Below, piece after piece: positions 52,376-62,018 of a stretch of 64,000 nt of DNA; the stretch's first letter is position 1, and each line of letters begins with the position of its first letter. This DNA is from an uncultured Bacillota bacterium. Its GTDB lineage: Bacteria; Bacillota_I; Bacilli_A; RF39; UBA660. A program made the translations under genes and the position numbers. Location of the stretch: positions 7,744-71,743 of the forward strand of contig CAMOSR010000001.1 in the NCBI GenBank assembly GCA_946625165.1, written 5' to 3'. The notes under the pieces were generated by a model. The model was not told the DNA's origin. It did not search any database and was given only the letters and a program-made list of their open reading frames with translations.

Positions 52376-54559
52376 TTACTCTGATTTTTTATCTTCTTTT
52401 TCTTCTTTCTTTTTTTCTGGAGCGATGGCTTGTTTTCTTGAAAGGTTTAATCTGCCTTTATTATCGTAGCCTAATGATTTAACAATTATTTCATCGCCTA
52501 CTTTAACCATGTCGCTTGGTTTCTCGACTCTCTTGGTATCTAGTTGTGATACATGTACTAGTCCTTCGCATCCTGGCCATAGTTCAACAAAACATCCGAA
52601 GTCTTCAACTTTGACAACTTTTCCATTATATATCTTATTTGTTTCAACTTCTCTAGTTATGTCTTTGATTCTTTTTGCTGTGTTTTCGATTACTTCTTTA
52701 TCTGTATGATAAATAACTACTCTTCCGTCGTCTTCTAAGTCTACTTTGACAGCGTTTATGTCATTTACACTATTAACATGGCTGCATTCTAAGATAATCT
52801 TAGTAATCATTTCGCCGCCTTTACCGATAACGTCTTTGATTTTTTCTGGGTCAATTGTGAATGTTAGTACTTTTGGTGCATATTTACTAACTTCTTTACG
52901 AGGCTGCGCAATAGTGCTTGTTATAACTTCTAATACTTCCATTCTTGCTTTTTTAGCTTGTTCTAAAGCTTCTTTTAATATTTCTTTAGTTATTCCTTTT
53001 ATTTTTATGTCCATTTGTAATGCGCATATTCCGTCTTTAGTTCCAGCTACTTTAAAATCCATGTCGCCTAAGTGGTCTTCCATACCCTGAATATCGGTTA
53101 ATATTGTATAGTCTTTATCATTTGTGATTAATCCCATAGCAATACCAGCTACTGGGGCTTTAATAGGAACACCAGCAGCCATTAAACTCATGCATCCAGC
53201 GCAAATACTTGCTTGTGATGAAGAACCATTACTTTCTAGGATTTCTGATACGACTCTGATTGTATAAGGAAATTCATCTTCGGTTGGAATTACTTGTAGT
53301 AAGGCTTTTTCGCCTAAAGCACCGTGGCCAATTTCTCTTCTACCAGGAGCGCCGTATCTTCCTGTTTCACCAACTGAGAATTGCGGAAAGTTATAGTGAA
53401 GCATGAATCTTTTTGAATCTTCTAGCCCAAGTCCATCTAATATTTGATGTTCGCCCAAAGCACCTAGCGTAGTTACAGATAAACTTTGAGTTTGTCCTCT
53501 TGTAAATAGTGCTGATCCATGGGTCCTTGGTAAGAAATCTATTTCAGCTGATAGTGGTCTTATTTCATCCATTTTTCTTCCGTCAGGTCTTATTTTTTCT
53601 TTAGTTATGATATTTCTAAATAGCGAGTATTCTACATCATTATAAATTAATGTAACTTTAGTTAAAAGCTCAGCTAGCTCTTCTGGTTTTAAGTCTTCGT
53701 TTTCGATTTTATATTTTTCAAGTAGGTTTTCTTTTATTTCGTCGAGTCTAGCATATTTTTCTAATTTGTCTTTTATTCTTAACCCTTCGTCGACGTCTTT
53801 TTCGATTAGGTTAGTGACTTGGTTTCTAAGTTCATCAGTTATTTCTAATTTCTCATATTCCATTTTTTCTTCGCCGATTTCACTAATGATTTTGTTTTCA
53901 AATTCGATTAGTTCTTTAATGGCATCGTGCCCAAACATTAAGGCTTCTAACATATCTTCTTCTTTTGCTTCTTTAGCAGAAGACTCAACCATGTTGATGG
54001 CATCCATTGTTCCGGCTACTGTTAGGTCGATATCTGATTTTTCAGTTTCTTCGATAGTTGGGTTTATGACGAAATTTCCATCTACTCTTCCAACTTTAAC
54101 ACCGGCAATTGGTCCATCAAATGGTATTTTACTAATTGATGTCGCAAGTGAAGAAGCAAATAGGGCTGTTATTTCTGGTGAATTATCAGGATCAACTGAT
54201 AATACGGTGTTTACGATTTGTACTTCGTTTTTAAAGTCATCTGGGAATAGTGGTCTCATAGGACGGTCAATCATTCTAGCAGCTAAGGTTGCAGCTTCAC
54301 TTGGTCTACCTTCTCTTTTAATGAAACCTCCAGGTATTTTTCCGACTGAATATAATTTTTCTTGATATAAAACCATTAATGGAAAAAAATCTGATAAAAG
54401 ATTAGCATTTTTAGAAACAACTGCAGTAGATAAAACTACAGTATCACCATACCTTACTAATACTGCACCATCAGCTTGCTTGGCAACTTGTCCAACTTCT
54501 ACTATTAACTTTCTTCCTCTAAAATCTGTTTCAAATATTTTTTTCATATATACCTCCAT
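52376..54559 (-). CDS. pnp: Polynucleotide phosphorylase
   Basis: Two RNase PH domains, KH and S1. The start is probably MKKIF at 54547. Confidence 0.95.
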   Translation of the reverse strand: MEVYMKKIFETDFRGRKLIVEVGQVAKQADGAVLVRYGDTVVLSTAVVSKNANLLSDFFPLMVLYQEKLYSVGKIPGGFIKREGRPSEAATLAARMIDRPMRPLFPDDFKNEVQIVNTVLSVDPDNSPEITALFASSLATSISKIPFDGPIAGVKVGRVDGNFVINPTIEETEKSDIDLTVAGTMDAINMVESSAKEAKEEDMLEALMFGHDAIKELIEFENKIISEIGEEKMEYEKLEITDELRNQVTNLIEKDVDEGLRIKDKLEKYARLDEIKENLLEKYKIENEDLKPEELAELLTKVTLIYNDVEYSLFRNIITKEKIRPDGRKMDEIRPLSAEIDFLPRTHGSALFTRGQTQSLSVTTLGALGEHQILDGLGLEDSKRFMLHYNFPQFSVGETGRYGAPGRREIGHGALGEKALLQVIPTEDEFPYTIRVVSEILESNGSSSQASICAGCMSLMAAGVPIKAPVAGIAMGLITNDKDYTILTDIQGMEDHLGDMDFKVAGTKDGICALQMDIKIKGITKEILKEALEQAKKARMEVLEVITSTIAQPRKEVSKYAPKVLTFTIDPEKIKDVIGKGGEMITKIILECSHVNSVNDINAVKVDLEDDGRVVIYHTDKEVIENTAKRIKDITREVETNKIYNGKVVKVEDFGCFVELWPGCEGLVHVSQLDTKRVEKPSDMVKVGDEIIVKSLGYDNKGRLNLSRKQAIAPEKKKEEKEDKKSE

Positions 54560-54586
54560 AAAAAAGACACCTTAAAAGAGTGTCTA

Positions 54587-54856
54587 CTATTTTCTTAATC
54601 CTAATTGTTTAACGATTTCACGATATCTAGTAACATCTTTTTTCATAAGATAGTTAAGTAAACTTCTTCTATGTCCTACTTTTTTAAGTAGTCCTCTTCT
54701 TGAGTGGAAATCGTGTTTGTGTGTTTTTAAGTGTTCGGTAAGTTCACTAATTTCTTTAGTTAAAATTGCGATTTGTACTTCAGCTGAACCAGTATCGCCG
54801 TCTTTTTTCGCATATTTTTTAACTATTTGTGCTTTTTCTTCCTTTGTTAAAGCCAT
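54587..54856 (-). CDS. rpsO: 30S ribosomal protein S15
   Basis: 89 aa; [23 protein letters not shown]. Confidence 0.95.
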   Translation of the reverse strand: MALTKEEKAQIVKKYAKKDGDTGSAEVQIAILTKEISELTEHLKTHKHDFHSRRGLLKKVGHRRSLLNYLMKKDVTRYREIVKQLGLRK

Positions 54857-55140
54857 TTTATATCCTCCTTTTCTTAAGTATTCGCTTATATCCTAGAATA
54901 AAAGATGGAGTTCTTTTGTTCCACGAAATAAGTACACTACTAATATACACTAGTTTATGCGAAAATGCAAGAAAAATTAAAATTATTCATCAAAATAGTG
55001 TTTTTTGTAAGAAAGACTGTTAAATGCATAATAAATTGACTTTGGAACGTTTTCTAGAAATAAAATCTTATTACTATTGCACTTGTAATTAAATCAATTA
55101 CTTTATTATAGACGTAATCACTACTCTGTTCGTCAACCGT

Positions 55141-56583
55141 TTAATCCTTAGTTTCTTTCGCCATATCTTCTATTACATTTTCTTGATTATTGAAGTTCGA
55201 TTTCTCATTTTCTATTTTTTTATTAGTAATTTGTCTTTTTTCTTTATTTTCGTTTTCGAGCTTAGTAATTTTAGCATCGATATTTTTTATTAAATTGTTA
55301 ATATTTGTTTGATTATCATTATCTTTGATTTTATCAGCTAAGCCTGGCATCATAGAATTTACTAAATTTTCCATTTTTTCTATACGTTTAGTATCTACAT
55401 ACCCTTTTAAGTCAAATACTTTAATATGGTGTGCTTTAACAATTGGATATTGTATATTAGATTTATCAATTATCACTTCTTCAATATCATTATTAAATTT
55501 CGTAATTTCCCCAAAGCTTTCTAGCTCTATTTCATCTTTTTTTATTTTTATAACATCACTAATGGCATGAGTTGTTATCATATATTTACTTTCAAAATTT
55601 TCAACCGAACAAGTACCAATATAATATCTAGTATTAGAATAATTATTCAATTTTAAATAGTTATTAATATATAAAATGTTTTCAATATCATCTATATTAT
55701 CGAGTATAATATGACATTTATTTGTAGGTCTAGTTTCTATTAAATATTGCATAATTTGGTTGAAGAACATTTCTGAAATTACATTAATGTTTTTACTTTC
55801 TGGCTTTCCTATAACGAATATTGCCATCTTTTTCTCAGTTAAATCATGAAAGCTAAAGGTTGACTTACTAAGCAAACTGCTTACTTGTTCATTTCCAACT
55901 AATTTTGAAAGTGGTTTTTCGGCAACAGATAGGATACTTGCTCTAGTGTCTACTGGTGCGATTATAGTAGGTGAAACATTATTATATGAAGAAGAAGTTT
56001 TATCCTTTGCTTTAAAATATTCATCTAAATATTTTTTGTTCACACCTGTTTTTTCTTCTCCTACTGTAATAAACGTATTTACACTATTTAAATTTATTTC
56101 ATCATCTTTTCCATCTTCGAATAGCGCTAAACTAAGCCCAACAAATAAATTAGAAGAAGTATTGGTCCAAAATGGATCCGTGTGTTCATTATCTGGGTAA
56201 AGTATGTGTCCTAAATTATCTAATAATTCTTCAGCTTTATCTTTCATACCACTTTTAAAATAATAGTAAGGATTTTCTAATGGATTCCATCCATCAGAAT
56301 AGTTTAAATTTCTTAAATTAATAATATTAACTTGATATCCTTTTTTTATTAACTTATCATAATATTCGTTTAAATATTCGACTTTTGTATCATAAACTAT
56401 AACATTTTCATTATTATCCATTATTTTATTAAATAATGGAAATAATACACCTGTAGTTTTTCCAGAAAGCATGTCACCAGAAACTACAACATTTTTTTTC
56501 GGATTAATTTTTTCTAATAATTCTTTCACAATGTTTCCCCTACTTTCTATAATAATTATATCATAATACATTATGTGTTTCAA
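55141..56583 (-). CDS. VirD4/TraG/TraD-type coupling-protein homolog (PF02534-like NTPase domain). Soluble, with a degenerate Walker B.
   Basis: VVVSGDMLSGKTTGVLFPLF...NVIVYDTKVEYLNEYYDKLIKKGYQVNIINL..YSDGWNPLE aligns to the T4CP core. Walker B reads HIILDNIDD (D-N rather than D-E). No transmembrane helix. Confidence 0.5.
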   Translation of the reverse strand: MKHIMYYDIIIIESRGNIVKELLEKINPKKNVVVSGDMLSGKTTGVLFPLFNKIMDNNENVIVYDTKVEYLNEYYDKLIKKGYQVNIINLRNLNYSDGWNPLENPYYYFKSGMKDKAEELLDNLGHILYPDNEHTDPFWTNTSSNLFVGLSLALFEDGKDDEINLNSVNTFITVGEEKTGVNKKYLDEYFKAKDKTSSSYNNVSPTIIAPVDTRASILSVAEKPLSKLVGNEQVSSLLSKSTFSFHDLTEKKMAIFVIGKPESKNINVISEMFFNQIMQYLIETRPTNKCHIILDNIDDIENILYINNYLKLNNYSNTRYYIGTCSVENFESKYMITTHAISDVIKIKKDEIELESFGEITKFNNDIEEVIIDKSNIQYPIVKAHHIKVFDLKGYVDTKRIEKMENLVNSMMPGLADKIKDNDNQTNINNLIKNIDAKITKLENENKEKRQITNKKIENEKSNFNNQENVIEDMAKETKD

Positions 56584-56660
56584 GCAATGATATTTGGACT
56601 TTATATATTAAATTATTGTGTTTTTTATATCAATTCTTTAAATAGTTTTTAGTTGTGATT

Positions 56661-57497
56661 TTAAAGCATAATTTTGATTTTCATTATATCATTGTCTTTT
56701 TTATATATAGCAAGTTCATTATCTTCTTCATCTATGAAAAGTACTTCTTCCGGGTATTTTCCCTTTAATTTAGCGCCATTTATTATTTTCTTTTTGAGTT
56801 CTTCATCTACTTTAATATTAGGAATGTCCAATATGTCCTTTATCTTAAGGATTCGGTAGTTTCCTTTTTCGATATCTTCTAAAGTATATGAATCATCTAT
56901 TTTAAATGTGCCTTGTCTAGTTCTTGTCAGACTACTCATTGTCCCAATTGTATTCATATTTTGAAGTAAGTCTCTAATTAAGCTTCTTATATATGTTCCT
57001 TTACTAACTAAGGTTTTAATGGTAAAACTATTTTCATTATAATCTAGGAGACATAAAGATTTAATGGTTACTTCTTTTCTAGGAAGTTTTATCTCAATAT
57101 TTTCTCTAGCGTATTCATAAAGTTTTTTACCATCAACTTTAACGGCTGAGTATTTTGGTACTTCTTGCTTATACTTTTTGGGAAAAGTTTTAATGGCGTG
57201 TTTTAAATCACTTATATTTAATGTTTCTTTTTTTTCTTCTAAAACATTTCCGGTTATATCCAAAGTATCAGTTTTTATACCTATGGTTACTTTTGCAATA
57301 TATTCTTTTTCTTTAGCTGTAAGCATTTCATTTAATTTAGTATATTTACCTATACATATAACTAGCACGCCTTCAGCTAAGGGATCTAAGGTTCCATTAT
57401 GCCCAACTTTTTTTATGTTTAATATTTTGCTTATTTTATTAACTACATCTCTACTGGTTAATCCTTTAGGTTTATTTACGATTATTATTCCATTCAT
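56661..57497 (-). CDS. truB: tRNA pseudouridine(55) synthase TruB
   Basis: GHNGTLDPLAEGVL catalytic motif. Confidence 0.85.
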   Translation of the reverse strand: MNGIIIVNKPKGLTSRDVVNKISKILNIKKVGHNGTLDPLAEGVLVICIGKYTKLNEMLTAKEKEYIAKVTIGIKTDTLDITGNVLEEKKETLNISDLKHAIKTFPKKYKQEVPKYSAVKVDGKKLYEYARENIEIKLPRKEVTIKSLCLLDYNENSFTIKTLVSKGTYIRSLIRDLLQNMNTIGTMSSLTRTRQGTFKIDDSYTLEDIEKGNYRILKIKDILDIPNIKVDEELKKKIINGAKLKGKYPEEVLFIDEEDNELAIYKKDNDIMKIKIML

Positions 57498-58897
57498 TTT
57501 ACTTCGTATTTTGTTCCTTCTCTAGTATCTTTAATAATGATATTCTTTTTTAAAAGCTCTTCTCTAATTTTGTCCGCAAGTTCAAAGTTTTTGTCTTTTT
57601 TAGCGTTATTTCTTTCTTCTATTTTAGTTTCTATATATTTTTTTAATTCATCATCTATTTCATTTTCTTTTAATAAGTCTAAGCTTAATACTTTATCAAA
57701 GTCTTTAATTAAATATAGTTTTTCATTATTATTTAAATTGCTTTTTAAAACATCATATAAAGTAGTTAGGGCAAGTGAAGTATTTAAATCATTTTCTAGG
57801 GCTTCTTTAAATTTATCTTGATATTGTTTAATGTTTTCTTTATTTACCTTGTCATTTTTGTTTTCTTTAAGGCTTCTTGTTTTGTTTAATAATTTTTCAT
57901 AGGAAATGGAGGCATTATCTAGCGACTCATAATTAAATACTAATTGTTTTCTATAATGACTAGCTAGACACATATATCTAAAACTTAATGGGTTATAGCC
58001 TTTTTCTTTTAATACAGAAACCGTAAGGATAGCGCCTTTACTTTTACTCATTTTCCCAGACTCATCCATTAGGTGTTCATTATGAAACCAGTAATTACAC
58101 CATTTATGGCCCAAATAGGCTTCACTTTGAGCAATTTCGTTTGTGTGATGGGGAAAAATATTATCAATTCCGCCACCATGAATATCTAAGTATTCACCGC
58201 AGTAATGGATGTTTATTCCTGTACATTCAATGTGCCATCCTGGATAGCCATAGCCCCAAGGGCTTTCCCATTTTAGTTCTTGATCTTCGAATTTTGATTT
58301 AGTGAACCATAAAACAAAGTCAGCTTGATTGTGCTTGTTTTTATCATATTCTACGCCTTCTCTTATACCAACAACCATTTCATCTTCTTTGTGGTTTGTA
58401 AGTTTATAATAATCATCTAATTTTGAGGTATCGAAGTATACATTTCCTCCTTCAATATAGGCATAACCGTTTTCTAATATTTTTTGTATTATTTTAATAT
58501 AATCTTCAATATAATCAGTCGCTGGGGCAATCACTTCTGGAACTTTATTATTTAGCATCTTAAAATCGTCAAAAAACTGCTTTGTATAAAATTTAGCAAT
58601 ATCCATGACAGTTTTATTTTGATCTTTCGCGCTTTTAACCATTTTATCGTCGCCTGAATCTGAATCACTTGTTAGGTGCCCAACGTCGGTTATATTCATT
58701 ACTCTATAAACATCATATCCTAGATATCTTAATGTTTTATCTAATATATCATGGCCTATGTAATTTCGCATATTACCGATGTGCTGGAAGTGGTAGACAG
58801 TGGGACCACATGTATAGAATTTTACTTTTCCTTCTTCGTTTGGAATAAATTCTTCTATTTTTCTAGTTAGTGTATTATATATTTTCATTTTCATCAC
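57494..58897 (-). CDS. cysS: Cysteinyl-tRNA synthetase
   Basis: HIGN and KMSKS class I motifs; 467 aa. Confidence 0.9.
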   Translation of the reverse strand: MMKMKIYNTLTRKIEEFIPNEEGKVKFYTCGPTVYHFQHIGNMRNYIGHDILDKTLRYLGYDVYRVMNITDVGHLTSDSDSGDDKMVKSAKDQNKTVMDIAKFYTKQFFDDFKMLNNKVPEVIAPATDYIEDYIKIIQKILENGYAYIEGGNVYFDTSKLDDYYKLTNHKEDEMVVGIREGVEYDKNKHNQADFVLWFTKSKFEDQELKWESPWGYGYPGWHIECTGINIHYCGEYLDIHGGGIDNIFPHHTNEIAQSEAYLGHKWCNYWFHNEHLMDESGKMSKSKGAILTVSVLKEKGYNPLSFRYMCLASHYRKQLVFNYESLDNASISYEKLLNKTRSLKENKNDKVNKENIKQYQDKFKEALENDLNTSLALTTLYDVLKSNLNNNEKLYLIKDFDKVLSLDLLKENEIDDELKKYIETKIEERNNAKKDKNFELADKIREELLKKNIIIKDTREGTKYEVK

Positions 58898-58921
58898 CTT
58901 TTTTAATTATATCATATTATA

Positions 58922-59608
58922 TTATATAAGTTTCGTAAGAAGGCCGAATAGTATTATAATTATTAATGATATTTTACTTACTTTACTTATTTTTATTTTT
59001 GTTTTGTCTTCTCTTTTTAAAGTGTTTTTTGTACCCAAATATTTTAATCCGAAATGTCTTTCTTGTGAAATTTCTTTATTTGTATATATTCCAAATGACG
59101 TTTCATTATCAAATTCAGTATATTCTATATCTTTTGGCAATTTAATTATAAATATAAACATTATAATATCACCGGCGGCTCCTGATATATTGCAGATTGA
59201 AAGAATGTGCAATAATGGAAGACTATAAATTATAGATATTATATATGTTACTATTCCAATAAAAAATAGTGGGTACATTAAAGATATTAGGATGTTTTTT
59301 TTAGTTATATTTTGCTTACACAGGCAGTAGAAAACACCTTTTTCTAAAGCCATGCCGTATGTAACGTTTTTAAAGTTAGCACCATGAATAACGTATGCAA
59401 TACTATGTAAGATTTCATGAAGTATTAAGTAACAGATGAATGCTAATATGAATATAAAGTAATCATTTATGATAAATGATTTTATAAGTATGGTTTTATT
59501 TAATAGAAAGCTTAACAATACTGTAGCTACTAATATTACGATTGAAATGATATTTAAAATATTTATATCCATTTCATATATATAATATTTCTTTTTCATA
59601 GACTTCAC
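58922..59608 (-). CDS. Membrane protein with an HExxH motif (putative zincin peptidase, DUF3267-like)
   Basis: HEILHSIAY within a polytopic membrane protein. Confidence 0.4.
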   Translation of the reverse strand: MKSMKKKYYIYEMDINILNIISIVILVATVLLSFLLNKTILIKSFIINDYFIFILAFICYLILHEILHSIAYVIHGANFKNVTYGMALEKGVFYCLCKQNITKKNILISLMYPLFFIGIVTYIISIIYSLPLLHILSICNISGAAGDIIMFIFIIKLPKDIEYTEFDNETSFGIYTNKEISQERHFGLKYLGTKNTLKREDKTKIKISKVSKISLIIIILFGLLTKLI

Positions 59609-59682
59609 CTCTAATATGATTATATCATCTTATTTTATTTATTAATAGCTTTTTGTATTTTAAAAAGGTGTTTTAACACCTT

Positions 59683-61221
59683 TTACTTCTTTTTGCTAAA
59701 GACTGATTTTACAATTGCATTAGCTATTCTTCTAATAAATCCTGTGGTCGTGTTTTGGATGACTCTTTGGCCCATTTTTTTAGCTTGACCACCAAAGCTG
59801 TTTTCAGCCTCTTTTTGTTTTTGCCTAGCTATTCTTGCTGCTTCTTTTTCTTCTTCCTTTTTCTTTTTTGCTTCTTCTTTAGCTAGTTTTTCTTCTTCTT
59901 TCTTTTTATCTTCTGCTTCTTCTAATGCCTTTTTTTCTTCTAATTTTTTGGAAAGTATTTCATAAGCTGTTTCATTATCAATTGGTTCATCATATTTGCC
60001 AGCAAATTCACTATTATTAATTACTTTAGTTCTTGTCATTTCGTCAATTGTTCCCATAGCGCTTTGTGGTGGTAATATTACGCCTTTTTCAACTACTTCT
60101 GGTTCGCCTTTTTCATTTTGGAAAGAAATTAAAGCTTCTCCTGTTCCAAGTTCTAAAATAGCTTTTTCTGTATCGAATTTTGAATTTACTCTAAAAGCGG
60201 TAGCTGCGGCTTTTACGTTTTTCTGTTCTGCTGGGGTATATGCACGAAGGGTGTGCTGAACTCTATTACCTAGCTGAGCTAAAATAGGATTTGGAATATC
60301 AGTTGGCGTTTGTGAGACAAAGTATAGCCCGATTCCTTTTGATCTTACTAGTCTTACTACTTGGACTATTCTTTTTAATCTATATTCAGGCATACCGTTA
60401 AATAGTAAATGGGCTTCATCAAAGAAGAAGACTATTTTTGGTTTATCTAAGTCACCAACTTCTGGCATGGTTGTAAATAGTTCCGTTAAAAGCCACAATA
60501 AGAATGAAGCATATAAGTCTGGATTTTCAAACAATTTTGTGGCGTGTAATATGTTAATATACCCTTTACCTTCATTATTTGTTTTTATAAAATCATTGAT
60601 ATTTAAATCTGGCTCTCCAAAAAATTTTTCAGCGCCTTCTTTTTCTAAAGAAAGCAAGCTTCTTTGGATAACGCCGACACTTTGGGTTGTAATGTTTCCG
60701 TATTTGGTTATATAATCTTTTCTATTGTCTGCGATATATTGCAACGTTAATCTTAAATCTTTTAAATCAACAAGTTTTAAATTTTCGTCTTCAGCTATTT
60801 TAAAAACAATATCTAAAACACCTTCTTGGGCTTCAGATAAACCTAGCATAATAGATAATATAGATGATCCGACTCTTGAAATTGTGGTTCTTATTGGGTG
60901 CCCTGACTCACCATAAATGTCCCAAAAATGAACTGGAAAGCTTTTATAATCGAATTCTTTTAAGTTAAGTGATTTTAATCTTTCTTCAATTTTTTCAGAA
61001 GTTTTTCCTTCTATGCAACTGCCAGCTAAGTCTCCTTTAACATCAGCCATAAAAACAGGAATGCCGGCGTCTGAAAAGCTTTCAGCCATTACTTTTGAGG
61101 TAACTGTTTTTCCACTACCGCTTGCTCCTGTTATAAGCCCATGTCTATTAGCCTTATTTGGTAAAATAAATAATTCTTTTTCTTTGCTTTTACCTATTAA
61201 TATCTTTTCATTTAAATACAT
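59683..61221 (-). CDS. HerA-like/DUF853 P-loop ATPase with a K/E-rich C-terminal tail
   Basis: Walker A ITGASGSGKTVT; Walker B region VFFFDEAH; low-complexity Lys/Glu tail. Confidence 0.55.
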   Translation of the reverse strand: MYLNEKILIGKSKEKELFILPNKANRHGLITGASGSGKTVTSKVMAESFSDAGIPVFMADVKGDLAGSCIEGKTSEKIEERLKSLNLKEFDYKSFPVHFWDIYGESGHPIRTTISRVGSSILSIMLGLSEAQEGVLDIVFKIAEDENLKLVDLKDLRLTLQYIADNRKDYITKYGNITTQSVGVIQRSLLSLEKEGAEKFFGEPDLNINDFIKTNNEGKGYINILHATKLFENPDLYASFLLWLLTELFTTMPEVGDLDKPKIVFFFDEAHLLFNGMPEYRLKRIVQVVRLVRSKGIGLYFVSQTPTDIPNPILAQLGNRVQHTLRAYTPAEQKNVKAAATAFRVNSKFDTEKAILELGTGEALISFQNEKGEPEVVEKGVILPPQSAMGTIDEMTRTKVINNSEFAGKYDEPIDNETAYEILSKKLEEKKALEEAEDKKKEEEKLAKEEAKKKKEEEKEAARIARQKQKEAENSFGGQAKKMGQRVIQNTTTGFIRRIANAIVKSVFSKKK

Positions 61222-61273
61222 ATAAATCCTCCTATTTACTTAAGTATAGCATATTTATTACTTTTTTTATATA

Positions 61274-61849
61274 TTAAAATATAAAGTATCCAAAGATAAA
61301 ACCGCATATTGCTCCAACTATATGACTATCATGAGCTATATTATCATTTCTTTTAAAGATTTGTTTGATGATTTCGTCGGCTACATAAAATAGAAAAATT
61401 AGTATAAGTGTTACTGGAATTTTTCCTTGTGATATATTAACGATAGAACATAAAACAACCATCATATATACGTTATCGCTTGCACCAATTGCTCCATTTT
61501 CGTATATAAAAAGGTGAACTAAGCTACTAGCTATGGTGGTTATGATAATCATTTCTAGCATGGAAATGCTTCCGTATTTTTCTTCAAGCAATGGTCCGAC
61601 TAATAAAATCATAACAAAGTTATTTCGGAAGTGTGTCCAATCTTTATGACATAATCCGGATGTTACTAGTCTAATATATGTCATGGGGTTTAATAGGCTT
61701 CCTCTTCTAGTCGTTAAAAAATTATTTAGTTTTCCTTTGCTTATAGTATCAATTATAAGTACCAATAAGCATATCAAAAAATATGATATTATTACTACTG
61801 AATTATACGAAAAATAATTAGCAATATCCATGATATTATCTATTTTCAT
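61274..61849 (-). CDS. Rhomboid-family intramembrane serine protease
   Basis: TM2 motif HKDWTHFRNNFVMILLVG, a Ser-containing GASD motif, and a TM6 His (HDSHIVGAICG). Confidence 0.55.
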   Translation of the reverse strand: MKIDNIMDIANYFSYNSVVIISYFLICLLVLIIDTISKGKLNNFLTTRRGSLLNPMTYIRLVTSGLCHKDWTHFRNNFVMILLVGPLLEEKYGSISMLEMIIITTIASSLVHLFIYENGAIGASDNVYMMVVLCSIVNISQGKIPVTLILIFLFYVADEIIKQIFKRNDNIAHDSHIVGAICGFIFGYFIF

Positions 61850-61957
61850 AAATTACCTCCTATCTGTAATTTTTCAGTTTGTTTTCTATCTTTTTTTCGA
61901 CATATAATTGTCTTCTTGTAAGTTTTTATGTTATTATACCATTATTTTAATTTCTTT

Positions 61958-61996
61958 GAAAAAACTGTGTCAAAATAATGAACACAGTTTTTAAAT
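61958..61996. terminator. Bidirectional hairpin terminator
   Basis: aaactgtgt...acacagttt stem with flanking A and T runs. Confidence 0.4.
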
Positions 61997-62018
61997 TTAT
62001 TCAAAGTATAAATCTTCG

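Noticed and set aside
59800-59960. A/G-rich low-complexity DNA
   Set aside because: It encodes the Lys/Glu-rich C-terminal tail of the HerA-like ATPase. It is coding, not a regulatory repeat.
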